Assembly (NCBI RefSeq): GCF_036588685.1
Contig: NC_086380.1
Coordinates: 46,128,001-46,192,000, forward strand
DNA: 64,000 bases
Origin: Mytilus trossulus
Lineage: Eukaryota
Direction: 5' to 3'
Position 1 is the first letter of the stretch. Every line of letters starts with the position of its first letter. A model generated the notes under the pieces. It was not told where the DNA came from. It saw nothing but the letters and a program-made list of their open reading frames with translations, and did no database searches. Shown here piece by piece: positions 1 through 13,895 of the stretch. A program made the translations under genes and the position numbers.

Positions 1-132
1 TATTGGATACAAACTTTATTAAGTCAACTGCAGACACTTTGTATTCGAAGTGTTTCAACTGAGGTACTACACAGGCGTCATTATGGAGTAAAGGGGGTGG
101 CGTCAAAAAGCGTCATTATGGAGGAAAGGGAT

Positions 133-1300
133 AAAGTCAATTTTTAACCATTTTTTCGTAAATTTTATATATCTTTTACAAAAATCTTCTCCTCTGAAAC
201 TGCTGGGCTAAATTAATCCAAACTTGGCCACAATCATCTTTGGGGTATCTAGTTTAAAAAATGTATGGCGTGACCTGCCAAACCAACCAAGATGGCCACC
301 ATGGCTAAAAATAGAACATAGGGGTAAAACACAGTTTTTGGCTTGGCTTATAACTCAAAAATCAAAGCATTTAGAGCAAGTCCTATCTGCCCTGAAATTT
401 TCAGATGAATCAGAAAACCTGTTGTTGGTTTGCTGTCCCTGCATTGGTAATTTTAGGGAAATTTTGCTGTTTTTGGTTATTATCTTGAAAATTATTACAG
501 ATAAAGATAAACTGTAACAGCAATAATGTTCAGCAAAGTAAAATTTACAAATAAGTCAGCAGGACCAAAATGGTCAGTTGACCCCTTTAGAAGTTATTGC
601 CCTTTAAAGTCAATTTTTAACCATTTTTCGTAAATTTTATATATCTTTTACAAAAATCTTCTCCTCTGAAACTGCTGGGCTAAATTAATCCAAACTTGGC
701 CACAATCATCTTTGGGGTATCTAGTTAAAAAAATGTATGGCGTGACCTGCTAAACCAACCAAGATGGCCACCATGGCTATAAATAGAACATAGGGGTAAA
801 ACACAGTTTTTGGCTTATAACTCAAAAACCAAAGCATTTAGAGCAAGTCCTATCTGCCCTGAAATTTTCAGATGAATCAGAAAACCTGTTGTTGGTTTGC
901 TGTCCCTGCATTGGTAATTTTAGGGAAATTTTGCTGTTTTTGGTTATTATCTTGAATATTATTATAGATAAAGATAAACTGTAAACAGCAATAATGTTCA
1001 GCAAAGTAAGATTTACAAATAAGTCAACAGGACCAAAATGGTCAGTTGACCCCTTTAGAAGGAATTGTCCTTTATAGTCAATTTTTAACAATTTTCATAA
1101 AATTTGTAAATTTTTACTACCGGTTACATTTTCCACAGAAACTACTGGGCCAAGTAAGCAGCAAGAATGTTCAGTAAAGTAAGATGTACAAACATATCAC
1201 CATCACAAAAACACAATTTTGTCATGAATCCATCTGCTTCCTTTGTTTAATATTCACAAAGACCAAGGTGAGCGACACAGGCTATTTAGAGCCTCTAGTT
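133..1300. repeat. Non-autonomous Helitron/Helentron-like repeat with ~475-bp internal tandem units (intronic to RPLP2)
   Basis: 133-606 is repeated almost verbatim at ~607-1085; ends in GACCAAGGTGAGCGACACAGGCTATTTAGAGCCTCTAGTT (short 3' hairpin AGGCT..AGCCT, then CTAGTT). Confidence 0.65.
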
Positions 1301-1609
1301 TGTAAAAAAAAATGATTAAATGTATCAGCAAAAAATATATTTAAATTGCAGGTCAAATTGCAATCATATTTAGATTTCTTGTTTTCTGCTCGGGGATCTC
1401 AGTAAGGTGAGCAAGTCCCGGACAGAACTCCTGAAAATCTGTCTGGACTTGCCATTTTGGAAATGGGTGAGTCCAAAGATTAATCAAGATTGACTAATTT
1501 AGTATAACATATCAATTTTGTAGCAAAAGTTTGGAAAGTCATTTCTTCCAATATTTGTTTCTATAGTTCCTTGTATGTAAAGTCATTAGTAATATTTCTC
1601 TTTAAACAG

Positions 1610-1702
1610 GTCAAGAAAAGCTTGCCTCAGTACCTGCAGGAGGAGCTGCTGCACCTGCTGCACCTGCTGCCGCTGCTGCTGCTGAAGCACCTAAAGGAGG
1701 AG
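1610..1702 (+). CDS. RPLP2: 60S acidic ribosomal protein P2, penultimate coding exon (Ala-rich hinge)
   Basis: AG at 1608-1609 and GT at 1703-1704; 93 nt, phase 1-1; translates (G)QEKLASVPAGGAAAPAAPAAAAAAEAPKGG. KLASVP is typical of P2. Upstream exons lie before the window. Confidence 0.9.
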
Positions 1703-2742
1703 GTAATTACATTTATGATCTGTGGAAATGCTTTGTTCTTCAACATTCACATTTCTATGCAGTGTTTAAGTCTTGATTTGTTTTCCCACAACAGTAGTAG
1801 ATGCAAGACTTGGGGTTCATCATCTTCAACAACCTTTAATGGACTGCAAAAAAAATTGTGCACTGTAAAATGCTATCATGTCGTCTGCGTCGTCATCTGA
1901 AGACACATTTAGTTTCATGACAATAATTTAAGTGTTAGTGATTGGATTTTTATAAATTTTACCAGAAGGTTCATTACTACAAAAGAAAGGTTGGGATTGA
2001 TTTTTGGAGGTTATGGTCCCAATAGTTTAGAAATTAGGGGCCTAAAAGGGGAGAGTTTTCAAACCATAACTTTTGTTGAAGTGTATGAATCTCTCTGAAA
2101 TTATAACACAAGTAATCATTCCATGAAGGGATTGTAAGTATTGATATAAGGGGTTATGGTCCAAATAGTTTAGAATTACGGCTCAAAAAGGGGGCCCAAA
2201 ATAAGCATTTTTGTAGTTTCAAACAATAACTTGTGTTTAAGTGTATGAATCTCTCTGAAATTATACCACAAGTTTCCATACAATGAATGTATAGTTAGTA
2301 CTGACTTGGGGGGGGGGGGGGGGGGTATGGCTCAAATGTTTTTGGAATTAGTTTTTTTCTGGTCAATGGACAATTTAAGACCATATAAAAGTAGTGTAAC
2401 TGTGAGGGAGGTAATTCAAAAACATTTAACATACAATGTGGGTATGCTTGTATTTACCTCCTTTATATTACTTTAAAATAATGTATAAAGAAATGTCAGG
2501 TTTTGGACCATTTGTGTGGTAGTTTTCAAGTGTTGGCCAAAAATAAAGTGAGAAAAGTTGATAAATTGGGTAAGGCACTCATGAAAGATTTTTTTGGGGT
2601 TTAACAAATGTCAATCTTTGAGGACACAGAAATACATGCATGTGTTTACTTGAAATGAAGTTATTTGTAATGAAAGAAAGGTCAGACATCAAGTTAATTC
2701 AGTTTATTTGAAAATTAATCTCGACTTTTTTTGATATTTCAG

Positions 2743-2816
2743 CAAAGAAAGAAGAAAAGAAACCTGAGCCAGAATCAGGGTCTGATGATGACATGGGATT
2801 TGGACTCTTTGACTAA
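2743..2816 (+). CDS. RPLP2: 60S acidic ribosomal protein P2, last coding exon
   Basis: TTTCAG acceptor; in phase with the previous exon; AKKEEKKPEPESGSDDDMGFGLFD* is the conserved P-protein C-terminus; AATAAA at 2816-2821 and 2843-2848. Confidence 0.95.
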
Positions 2817-3776
2817 ATAAATGTCTTTTGCAATGCATCTATAATAAAGACATTTTACACCATTCTTGTAATTTTATCGACAAAAGAATGTATTTGTGAT
2901 TTTTATGAAAACAATTTTCTATGGGCATTATGTTTCAGTCTCTTTTCTTCTGTCCCCCTTCAGGTTCAATTTTTGGTCAAGGTAGTTTTTATACACCTGC
3001 TTACGGGACGTATGTTGAAATACTGTTGTCCGTCCCCACCCTCTTTTGGTATAATAAAGAACCACTAAAGCATGACTGGAGTTATATATATTTTCTTCAT
3101 TTCTAGACCAGGGGTAATATGGTAAGGGTTGGGGTCCAGGTGTATCTGTCGGGGATGGGGTCGATTACTTCGAAATGTAATCGATTAAATTACAATTACT
3201 TTGCTTATAAAATGTAATTGATTACATTACAATGAGAGACATTGGTGAAGATTATCCCCACTTAATTCCAGGTGGCGCTGTGGTAGATCAGGTCCAACAA
3301 CATCTGTTTGTATGATAAGTAAGCCAGCATGCATTCATTGCCACATATGATACACAAATATGTGTATGCTGATAGATCTTAATTAAAATAAATTCTTTTG
3401 TTTTATTTTTATTTCATATACTATTTAGTATATTAATGATAAATGTGTCAAATTTTGAATACATTCCCTTGGTGACTTTCTTTACTTTACTTAGTACTTA
3501 TAGAAAGTCCCGGATTGCCTGATCTAAAGAAACACTTCAGGAGTGCATGGGTATTATCATGCAGTGGAAGAAACATGAGAGAGGTTTTTTTTTAACATAC
3601 TTACAATTAAAGATATAAATTAAATGAATGTATTTCTTTATTAATTTAAAAAAAAAATTAATTTATTAATTTTAAAAAAAAATGGAATGTAAAAGAGTTG
3701 TTAGATACATGTATAAATTTATGAAAATTTATTAGTAATTTTCAAATTGTTAACACAAATATATACTATAGTAAGA

Positions 3777-5465
3777 TTTTTATACGACCGCAAATTTTGA
3801 AAAAATTTTCGTCGTATATTGCTATCACGTTGGCGTCGTCGTCGTCCGAATTCTTTTAGTTTTCGCACTCTAACTTTAGTAAAAGTGAATATAAATCTAT
3901 AAAATTTTATCACAAGGTTTATGACCACAAAAGGAAGGTTGGTATTGATTTTGGGAGTTTTGGTCCCAACATTTTAGGAATTAAGGGCCAAAAAGGGCCC
4001 AAATAAGCATTTTCTTGGTTTTCGCTCTATAACTTCAGTTTAAGTAAATAGAAATCTATGAAATTTTGACACAAGGTTTATGACCACAAAAGAAATGTTG
4101 GGATTGATTTTGGGAGTTTTGGTTTCAATAGTGTAGGAATTGGGGGCCAAAAAAGGGCTCAAATAAGCATTATTCTTGGTTTTCGCACAATAACTTTAGT
4201 TTAAGTAAATAGTAAATAATGAAATTTAAACACAATGTTTATGACCACAAAAGGAAGGTTGATATTGATTTTGGGAGTTTAGGTCCCAACAATTTAGGAA
4301 TTAAGGGCCAAAAAGGGACCCAAATAAGCATTTTTCTTGGTTTTCGCACCATAACTTTAGTATAAGTAAATAGAAATCTATGAAATTTAAACACAAGGTT
4401 TATGACCATAAAAGGAAGGCTGGTAATGATTTTGGGAGTTTTGGTCCCAACAGTTTAGGAATAAGAGGCCCAAAGGGTCCAAAATTAAACATTGTTTGAT
4501 TTCATCAAAAATTAAATAATTGGGGTTCTTTGATATGCCGAATCTAACTGTGTATGTAGATTCTTAACCTTTGGTCCCGTTTTCAAATTGGTCGACATTA
4601 AGGTCCAAAGGGTCCAAAATTAAACTTCGTTTGATTTTGACAAAAAATGAATCGGTTGGGTTCTTTGATGTGCTGAATCCAAACATGTACTTAGATTTTT
4701 GATTCTGGGCCCAGTTTTCAAGTTGGTCCAAATCAGGATCTAAAATTATTATATTAAGTTTTGTGCAATAGCAAGTCTTTTCAATTGCACAGTATTGCGC
4801 AATGGCAAGAAATATCTTATTGCAAAATATTGTGAAATAGCAATTTTGTTTTTAATTAGAGTTATCTTTCTTTGTCCAGAATAGTAAGCAAGAAATATCT
4901 AATTGTAAGAATTTTTTTATTTGGAGTTATCTTTCTTTGTCCAGAATCAACTTAAATCTTTGTTATATATACAATATACAATTTATATTCACTTTTTACT
5001 ACCAACTGATAAATTAAAATAATCTTTACCATTCAGTGATAACAAGCAGTTTTTTTACATCTTAATATTTTATGATGTATTTAAATGAGTAGTAATTGTT
5101 GCAAACTCCATTAGAAATTTTAATTGAGATTAGTTTTGGAATAAGGGAAAGGGGGATGTGAATTAAAAAAATTGGGTTCAATTTTCTCATTTGAAATTTC
5201 ATAAATAAAAAGAAAATTTCTTCAAACATTTTTTTGAGAGGAATAATATTCAACATCATAGTGAATTGCTCTAAGAGAAAACAAAAATTTTAATTTCATT
5301 AGAACACATTCATTCTGTGTCAGAAACCTATGCTGTGTCAACTATTTAATCACAATCCAAATTTAAAGCTGAATCCAGCTTGAATGTTGTGTCCATACTT
5401 GCCCCAACCGTTCAGGGTTTAACCTCTGCGGTCGTATAAAGCTACGCCCTGCGGAGCATCTGGTT
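3777..5465 (+). mobile_element. Non-autonomous Helentron-like (HINE-type) element with ~150-bp internal tandem repeats
   Basis: Subterminal inverted repeat TTTATACGACCGCA (3779-3792) / TGCGGTCGTATAAA (5427-5440); (GTC)n near the 5' end; about four ~150-bp tandem units at 3860-4480; 3' hairpin then TT. Confidence 0.75.
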
Positions 5466-7612
5466 TCATTTGTGTTATTCTTTAAATAAATTTCATTAAT
5501 TAAACTGGTAGAAATCTTTAAACTTGTAAGTTGTAAGTCGATCCTAACTAGATCATATTTTCTGTCCTAAGAATATCTTATAGCACTAATCTTAGGACAG
5601 TTTCGATAAACAGGCCACAGTTATCATAATGTTATTATGTAACAAGTGTATTTTAATTTAAAAATGAATAAATGTCTTTTATTTACTCGCATTTACATTT
5701 TAGGCATTAAGCTTAATGTCTGCACACATTTTTCAGGATTTAAGCTTAAATCCTAGGATTTAAGACTAATGCCTAACATCATTGAGGCAATATACTTACT
5801 GCTTAGGCGTTAGCTTATTGCCTAGGATTTAAGCTTAATGCCTAATTTCACTTATTGCCGCTAACATATACATTACAAATTAAAAACAAAACCTAGCTTC
5901 CAATTTCAAATTGAATGGGGTTTTTTCATTAATATTTAATTTAACTTTTTTTTTTTTTTTTAATGAGAATCAAATGACAGAAATCAGAATTTTAAATAGA
6001 AATGACTGCATATTTTTCATCAAAATCAATAAAAATATATCTGAAACAAATAGGGTTAAAAACAATTCAATACAACTCAGCAATTGAACAACAATAGATT
6101 TCTGAAGTACCTGCGACTGGGAACAAAAAGTCAAAGTAAAGTGTCATACCAAAATGAAAAGAGCAAGAAATCACCTACAAAATGTTACATAAATGAAGAT
6201 CTCATCATCTGTGTGACTGTGTTGCATGTTACTTATACTGGCCTAACAGCTCATTGTAAACATGTCTTTGTAGTTCACTTGGGCATGACAGTTTTCCTCT
6301 TTCAAGAGTTGAGTCGGTCAGAAGGCAAACAACATGAAATATGGATTATTTGTGGTGAGGCCACTTTTTTTCTTGCCTCTTTATCAGATGGATTAAAAGA
6401 AAACAATACAGTATTAGCACTCAAATGCCCATATACATCCTGAAATAAACTAATCACACTAGATCTGTTCCGTACTTGTCTGAAGTAATTTGGGAGGTAA
6501 TTAGTGTTTGGCCAACAATAATGATTATTACTTTTAAATTACTTTTTTTTTAAAATTTTAAAAAACTTTTATAATTCATTGCTGAAATCAACTTCTTTTT
6601 ATGAAAAATATTTCAAACCGATTTCTTGACAAATATATAATCTAAGATTGTTAATTTTTTTTTTTTTTTAATTACAATTTAATTTCATTGAAAACTAATT
6701 TTCACTAGTTTTCATTTGTCAAAACTTATAACTGATGTATGATGGCTCTGCAAAAAATAAATATCACAGCAAATTAAATTGTTTTTGCTAGCTATCCATT
6801 CATTTAGTTCTATAGTATATGAATTATCATTATATTTTCGTTATTAAACGTTTTGATGCTGATATTTTCCTCTTTTTTTTTTAATGTAAATTGATAGTAA
6901 AAATGAAAAATGATAAATAAGTAAAAAAAAAATCAATATTGAAAAAGAAAACAATTCCCCCAAGTCATATATCATACATGTTATAGGACTATCAATTCTA
7001 TGTGCTTTTTATATGTTTTTCCTTTTTGTTGCAAATGTCAATTTTTTATTTAAAAATGTTTAAAAACATATGTCCATCTCTATAAGACACATCCAGGTAC
7101 ACAACATCAGTTTAAAGATATTAAGTAAGAAAAAACTTCTTATTATAATTTTTAATACAAATATAAACTATGCAATTCTCAATAGGATATAGATAGAGAT
7201 ACTGTGTGTTGGAACTGATCTACTGCACTGCCACCTGTGTTATCATTAAAGGGAAATAATTGACCAATGTTCCTCATTACACCTTTAATATTTTCAATGT
7301 AATTGATTAGTTCACTTCAATATTTCCACTTACCTGACTCTTTAACTACTTGCAATTTCCCTCTACTTCCCCATATGTTCGTCGAGTTTTTTAATACAAA
7401 TTTGAATAAGAAAAAAGGTACTCCTGGCTAGTTGAGTGAAGGACAATATCATATATTCCTAACAAATCACAAAAACATATTACATGTGTAGTACATGTAA
7501 TATGTTTTTGTGTTGATCTAAATTAACTGTTTTTTTTTCTTCAATTTAATGCATTTTTTTGTTCGTAAAACGTTCTACCACGACTTTCTAGTATTAAATT
7601 AGAAATTACTGG

Positions 7613-8267
7613 ATCCTTTATCAAATGGTCCATATAACATAGTGCAAGGGACTCATAGCATGCTACTTTTGTTGTCACAATTTAAACATTTTTTTGTGGT
7701 GAACCCCGTTTTCGGACAAAAATTAAAAAAGCTTTTAGCTGTTTTCAGGAAACTTTGATGAACTTTGTAAATCTATTGCACGAGGTAAGCTCTCTTTAGA
7801 CTATTACAAATTTTAGATTTTACGTTTCAGGTTTTATTGATTAAAAAAAGGGTATGTTTGATATTGACTATCTACTTTGAAGTGCTATGCCGCCAGTGGA
7901 TTATGGAAGATATAATTGACGAATAAGTCATTGATACCTGAGAAATTCAGGAAAGAGCTTGACCTAAGAGGCTGCAAAAATGTGACGAAATTTTCGCATT
8001 ATCAAAACAACAAAGATACGCAACATGAGGAAGAGAATCATTGATAGTGGACACAATTTGTCAATTAAATTATAATGTGATTTTGAAATTGGTTATCAAA
8101 TGTTAGATAACATGTAATTTTGAAGTTGCTTCATTCTTTCACATTAGTTTGTACTTTTGAAACTTTTGCCTCTTTTAATTAAGAAATAATTGATGCAAGC
8201 TATACTTTATTGTAGTTTTAACATGGGTAGGCATTATATACGTGAATATTTTTGCACGAGCGATAGT
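7613..8267 (+). repeat. ~655-bp arm of a long palindromic repeat; inverted partner at 27343-28012
   Basis: Near-identical reverse complement of 27343-28012 (e.g. ATCCTTTATCAAATGGTCCATA vs TATGGACCATTTGATAAAGGAT). Confidence 0.85.
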
Positions 8268-8640
8268 AAGAATCCAAAAATAGTTAATTCCACTACGCGA
8301 TTGAATGATTTTGACGTTTGTGGTTCAACGTATATAGTAATTCATAATAGAAATATATCATAATGACATATAATAGACCAAAATAATACTGACGGGATCT
8401 TTTAAAGTACAGAGTCACGTAATAAGAACAAAAGAAATACAGAGTCGCATATACAAAACAAACAACAAAAAAAGGAAAGCCAATACACACACATTGATGA
8501 GATGTAGAAGTACCGAGCCACGTCAAACGGATATCACATAAAACCATTCAACAGTAAAAGTAATATTAATAATAGAACAAAAGACAATTGAAAGAACAGT
8601 AAAACATGTTAAGATGATAAACAACATCAGTACGCAGAAT

Positions 8641-9203
8641 CTATACATCAAGACCATCGTGTATTATTTGAGAAGTTGATACGGAATATTTATCAACAAG
8701 GTCTTGGTACCTTCTGATGAACTTTTTTAGAAAAAGGACGAGACGTTCTTTGACACACCCCTGGTTCATCAACTTTCTACTCCGACACTGACGACGTTTT
8801 ACAAAGTCTGAGTAGGAGCTGCAAGCTCTTGAAAATTAAATAAGTTGGGAAATATATATCCCATATGCAGGTGAAGTTGGTATGTTGCTACTAAGGTGGG
8901 GGAAATTTATAATATCAAAATTAAAATCTTCTCGTTTGTCATAGATTCTGGTACTGAGATGACTGTGTAAGTCAAATTCGAGATATAAGTCTAAAAATGA
9001 GGCAGAGGAAGCGGTGTCTGTTGTTTCTTTAATCTCTAGTTCTGGGGGATATATCAATGGAACCCAATCAGAAAAGTTCGGATTGTTTATGGAAAGAACA
9101 TCATCAATATATTTGAAAGTGAAATTAAATAATCTGGCTTCTTTGATCCGCCTGTTTTTTGACAAGTGTCTGGAGGAACTCCGATTCATATGAAAATAAG
9201 AGG
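8641..9203 (-). pseudogene. 5'-truncated Penelope-like retroelement reverse transcriptase (palm and thumb)
   Basis: LLFSYESEF..., FKYIDDVLSINN, FLDL and YDKREDFNFDIINFPHLSSNIPTSPAYGIYISQLI motifs; one frameshift and one in-frame stop. Confidence 0.8.
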
Positions 9204-9205
9204 CG

Positions 9206-10540
9206 CACAGTTTGTTCCCATAGGTGAAAACACACCTGACAACAGCACTTGTATGGTCGATATTTCGGCCATTGTACAAGAACAGGTACATTTACAAATA
9301 CAAAACGTATTAGCCTAGTTCTGTAACTCTGCCAAACCAAAGGCCACATTTTGACAAGCCCAAAAGCTATGACGATCAGATGTCTTTATTAAATGACAAA
9401 TGTTGATCAAGATCAAGTTTCTTATCTTGATCCAGAAAAAAAGATTGATAGTTTTGCATCCCCACGATCTAGTCAAATGTTTACATGCACCCCAGTGGAG
9501 GTGCCAGAAGGGGCACCTGGGGCTTCTGATCCAATTGAGTGGATTTCTTTTATCAATAAAATGGCAACTGTTCTAAATATAGAACCTTAACCTTCAGAGA
9601 CTCAGCAGGAACGTCCTTCTTTTGTTTCGGCAAGACTAAATCCTGACAAGAATGATAAAAAAATCAGCAATAAAATTACCTTTGGAAGGAACAATTATTG
9701 ACATGGTAAAATCTGTAGAAAAGGAAGCTATCTCTGGTCATTTGAAAAACAAAGCTGTTCGTGGCAGGGATGATAAGGCTTTCATGGTTAAGAAAGATGA
9801 TTTTAATGCTTTCTGTCGTCCTCCTAAGTTAGATGACAATATTGAGGAAGGGCTACCTATTGGTCATAAAGGCAATTCTTTTAAATCTGGAGTTAATATT
9901 CCACCTTTTCACAGATAATTAGATAATGATTTTCGTCGTATGGACAATTCTGCCAGAGCACTTTTTAGAGCAGTTTCATATGGCACTATGATTTCTGCCT
10001 TTTTGGACGAGGCAACTTGTGAAGATGATAGAATTGAAGGACGTAAAGCATTAATTAATTGCTTGAGAAGTATGGCCGATTTATCAGGCATAATCATGGT
10101 AAATTCAGTATTAAGTAAAAGAAAACTTTTTCTGAAAAATGTTAACTTCAATAGTAAGTCGACAGAAAAGAAGTTGTTAAAGTTGCCCGTTTTTGGCAGT
10201 CAACTTTTTAATGGAAAATACTTTGACACACTGCATACATCAGCAGAAAATTTACGGATGCTAGAGAAACCCAGAATGTTTATAATAATGCTGGTAGTTA
10301 TAGCAAGAACTTTAACAAGTCTAGAGATGATCGCACTCAGGTTAATGACTTTAACAGAAAGAGGAAAGGCGATTATTCTGATAATTCTGAGAGTGGAGCT
10401 AAAGTTGCCAGAACTAACACTTACTCCAACAAAGATAATTTTCGTCCAGGAAATTTTTCAAGGAAAGGATTTTTTTTTGGAAAGCAGCTGGGAGCCCAAA
10501 GGGTTTCCCAGCTCCAAGGAAATAAGGTCAAAGAACCTTG
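9206..10540 (+). pseudogene. Outer DIRS ORF1 (gag-like), 5' part lost, with stops and frameshifts
   Basis: Fragments EGAPGASDPIEW, KLPLEGT, RDDKAFMV, PPKLDDNIEEGL and GKYFDTLHTSAEN align with ORF1 of the inner element. Confidence 0.85.
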
Positions 10541-11122
10541 TACAAACTGTAAATATAAGTCCCCAGGTAGGGGCACGTTTGCTAATGTTTCACAGGAAGT
10601 GGACAAAGATCACAGGAGATCAATGGGTTTTAGAAACTTTACTGGAAGGACTAAAACTGGAGTTTATGAGTCATCCATGTTTAAACATAAAAGAGACAAG
10701 TGTTCCAAATACCATATCAAGATATGGTATTCACGAGTCGGTAATTTTAACAGAAATAAGTGTTTTATTAGAAAAAAACGTTATAGAGCATGTTCCTGTT
10801 GGGCAAGAAAACTTTGGTTATTACAGCACAGTTTTCGTAGTTCCAAAACGACAAGGAGGTCTGCGAACGATTCTCAATCTAAAACCTCTAAACCAAACAG
10901 TAGTGCCTCATCATTTCAATATGGAAACACTCCGTTCTATTATGCAGGCTTTAAAAAAGGGAGACTATGCAGTAACATTGGATTTAGCAGATGCATATTT
11001 TCATATCCCAATTCACACAGATTACAAAAAATTCCTGAGATTCCGATTTCTAGGTCACAGCTACCAATTTCGAGCAATGCCATTCGGGCTCAAATCTGCC
11101 CCAAGAGTGTTCACAAAGATCA

Positions 11123-11235
11123 AGGCTAAAGGAGAGGAATTTGTATAAGTGACTTGTCACTTGTTTTCCAATCCGTTGTATTGTATTTATGTTCGTATTT
11201 ATTTATCTGTTTCTGAATAAAATATTGTTTACACT
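11123..11235 (+). mobile_element. Short 3'-end fragment of a non-LTR retrotransposon inserted in the outer DIRS RT
   Basis: Flanked by the 8-bp direct repeat AAAGATCA (11115-11122, 11236-11243); begins RLKERNLY*, then a T-rich UTR with AATAAA; removing it restores FTKIMAVL. Confidence 0.6.
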
Positions 11236-11544
11236 AAAGATCATGGCTGTATTAGCAGCATACCTACGAAAGGTAGTGATTCATATATTCATGTGTCTAG
11301 ACGATCGGCTGATCAGCAATTCAGACAAAACAGCTCGTTTAAAGCAAACGCATTTTGTACTCCGTCTAGTTCAAGATGTGGGACTTATAGTAAATCAGAA
11401 AAAGTCAAACTTAATACCAACCCAACATATAGAATACTTGGGAGCCCTTTTCAATCTAGAGAAAGGGATAGTAACACCAACAGAGACAAGATTTCAAAGT
11501 TTTTTTGGAAATAATACATGTATTACTAAACAGTCAACAGATTC

Positions 11545-12635
11545 GGTTCATTCTGGCTATTCCTACATTTTGAAATTTATAGGTAAAATACTAAAATTTT
11601 ATGTAGGAGTTCCCAGAATTTTTGTGTAAACAATGGGATTATGTAGGGTTATGTTGTAACAACATTAAACTAATGAGGTCTAATGAATCAAGGTAAATGC
11701 AGGTACTTCTTGTAGAAAATAAAGAAAAAGAATAATTTATATCGCAATCTTATATTTCATTTAATAATTTAAACGGCACAATTTATGTAAATAATATTCA
11801 AATGCACAATATGAATTCAGAGCTATAATCATGATAATTGCAATTATTTACAATAATATATACAAGTAAATAATATCATTTGAAATATCATTGTTAAATC
11901 ATGCTTTACTCAAAGCAATAAATGTTGAATCACACTAGACAGAGCACCAAAAGTATACTAAATTTAGTAGTCTCAGATTTTAATTTAAATTTAAATTTAT
12001 TTATAGCACTCACATAGTAATACAACATATAAGAGAATACAAAGTCTTAATCAAAGTGCAGGAGATGAGAAGCAGCATCTCCATACTCGACTGGAGTAAA
12101 TTCATCATTATGTAACCTTATTTTCAACTTTACAACTATAATAGGTCACCATACGGCCTTCAACAATGATCAAAGCCCATACCGCATAGTCAGCTACAAA
12201 AGGCCCCTATATGACAATGTAAAACAATTCAAACGAGAAATCAACGGTCTTATTTATATATATAGAAAATGAACGAAAGACAAATATGTTACACATAAAC
12301 AAACAACAACCACTAAATTTCAGGCTCCTAACTTGGGACAGCCACAAAGAATTTATTAGTTTCATTATTCTAACAAATTATGATTCTTAAAAATGAATAT
12401 GATATCTAAAACTTAACTTTTATTGATAATAATAGAAAATAAGGTCTCATTTTTTATATATAATTAATGATTTTTATCTAATTTCCACAGTTAAATTTAC
12501 CTTTGACCAAATTAGACACTAATGACTAAACCAACATATTTTGCAATAACAACATGTATTGTTCTTCCACTAATCCCCAATGTAGGAATAGCCAGAATAG
12601 GAAAATACAAAATGTAGGAATAGCCAGAAGACACC
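11545..12635. mobile_element. MULE/Mutator-like non-autonomous TIR element inserted in the outer DIRS pol
   Basis: TIR core TTCTGGCTATTCCTACATTTTG / CAAAATGTAGGAATAGCCAGAA; 9-bp TSD AACAGATTC (11536-11544, 12636-12644); contains a SINE-like fragment at ~12135-12340. Confidence 0.8.
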
Positions 12636-13895
12636 AACAGATTCAAGCAGTAGTAATTTTGAAATTACTAGGTCTAATGGCTTCATGCATTTACTTAATA
12701 CCCATGGGAAGATTACATATGAGGCCAATCCAACTTTATTTGTTAGCACTATGGCGGCCAAACATCCAACCATTGAATCAGTTCATTCTTGTACGAATGA
12801 GCTTGACAGTACATTTAAGATGGTGGACAAATCGGACAAATATTTTCAAAGGAATGCCTTTACAGGAGCCGACAATTCAGTTGACATTGATCACAGATGC
12901 CTCAGAACTAGGATTGGGAGCTCATCTAGGAACTTGGCAGACTTCAGGAATTTGGCCAAAGTCTTATCAACTAAAACATATAAATTGGTTGGAATTGAAG
13001 GCTGTACACCTAGCTCTTCAACAAGCTGTACAGATCGTGAAAGACAAGAATATTTTGATAAGGTCGGACAATACAACAGTGATAAGTTATATCAACAAAC
13101 AGGGCGGAACCCATTCGCCAGAACTGTTTTACCTAACTTGGGACCTTTATCAATGGTGTATTCAGAACAAAGTAACTATCCGTGCAGTTCACATTCCGGG
13201 AAAGATAAATCTACTAGCAGATGCTCTTTCGAGGGGGGAAAATCTTTTCAAGATGACAGAATGGACACTCAACAATATGATAGTAAATATGATATTTCAG
13301 AGACTGGGAACTCCAAGTATAGATCTGTTTGCAACAGCTCAGAACAAAAAGTTAGCAGTTTATTGCTCTCCGGTTCCAGACATAGCAGCATTTCAAGTAG
13401 ATGCTCTAACTTTAAATTGGAGCGGCATCTATTTATATGCATTTCCTCCTCCAATCCTTGTTCCTCGGATATTACAAAAGATTCGAGAAGAAAAGACAGT
13501 TGTTCTTCTAATAGCACCAATGTGGCCAAGACAATCTTGGTATCCTCAGATGTTGGATCTAATGATAGATATTCCAATAAAACTACCACTTCTGCTTTCA
13601 CAAATTCACAATCGAATACAAATATTTCATCAGAGTCCAGAAACATTGAATCTTGTGGCATGGAAATTATCAGTTTATATCAAAATCTGTACTTACCTGT
13701 CTGAAAAACATTTGCAATTACCCCTTGGTAACCCCTTGCAATCGCTAACTTTTAAATTATCTCCCTTTCACGATCTCCCGAATAGAAGATCACTTTACCT
13801 TCAGCGAAAATGGCTACAGCCTGATCGCATTTGGTTTGAAAAGCAATCGTTAATATTATATAAGAAAGGAATAGACATCGAGTGATTTGGATACA

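Larger units (their letters stand above)
10545..13671 (+). pseudogene. Outer DIRS pol (RT-RNase H-methyltransferase-like), split by two insertions and by the inner DIRS
   Basis: LDLADAYFHIPI, MPFGLKSAPRVFTK, degraded CLDD (YLDD), TDAS, HINWLEL, RSDN, ADALSR and DLFAT...YAFPP motifs. Confidence 0.88.

Noticed and set aside
1715-1830. Second snoRNA candidate in the RPLP2 intron
   Set aside because: Two plausible stems but no ANANNA hinge and no correctly spaced C/D boxes.
1571-1900. 109-aa ORF with a Leu/His run
   Set aside because: Wrong-frame read-through of the RPLP2 exon plus intron.
6084-6443. 119-aa ORF
   Set aside because: Non-ATG start and no recognisable motif on either strand.
13689-13700. 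U1 snRNA gene suggested by TACTTACCTG
   Set aside because: No U1 body follows; the motif is part of the DIRS ITR.
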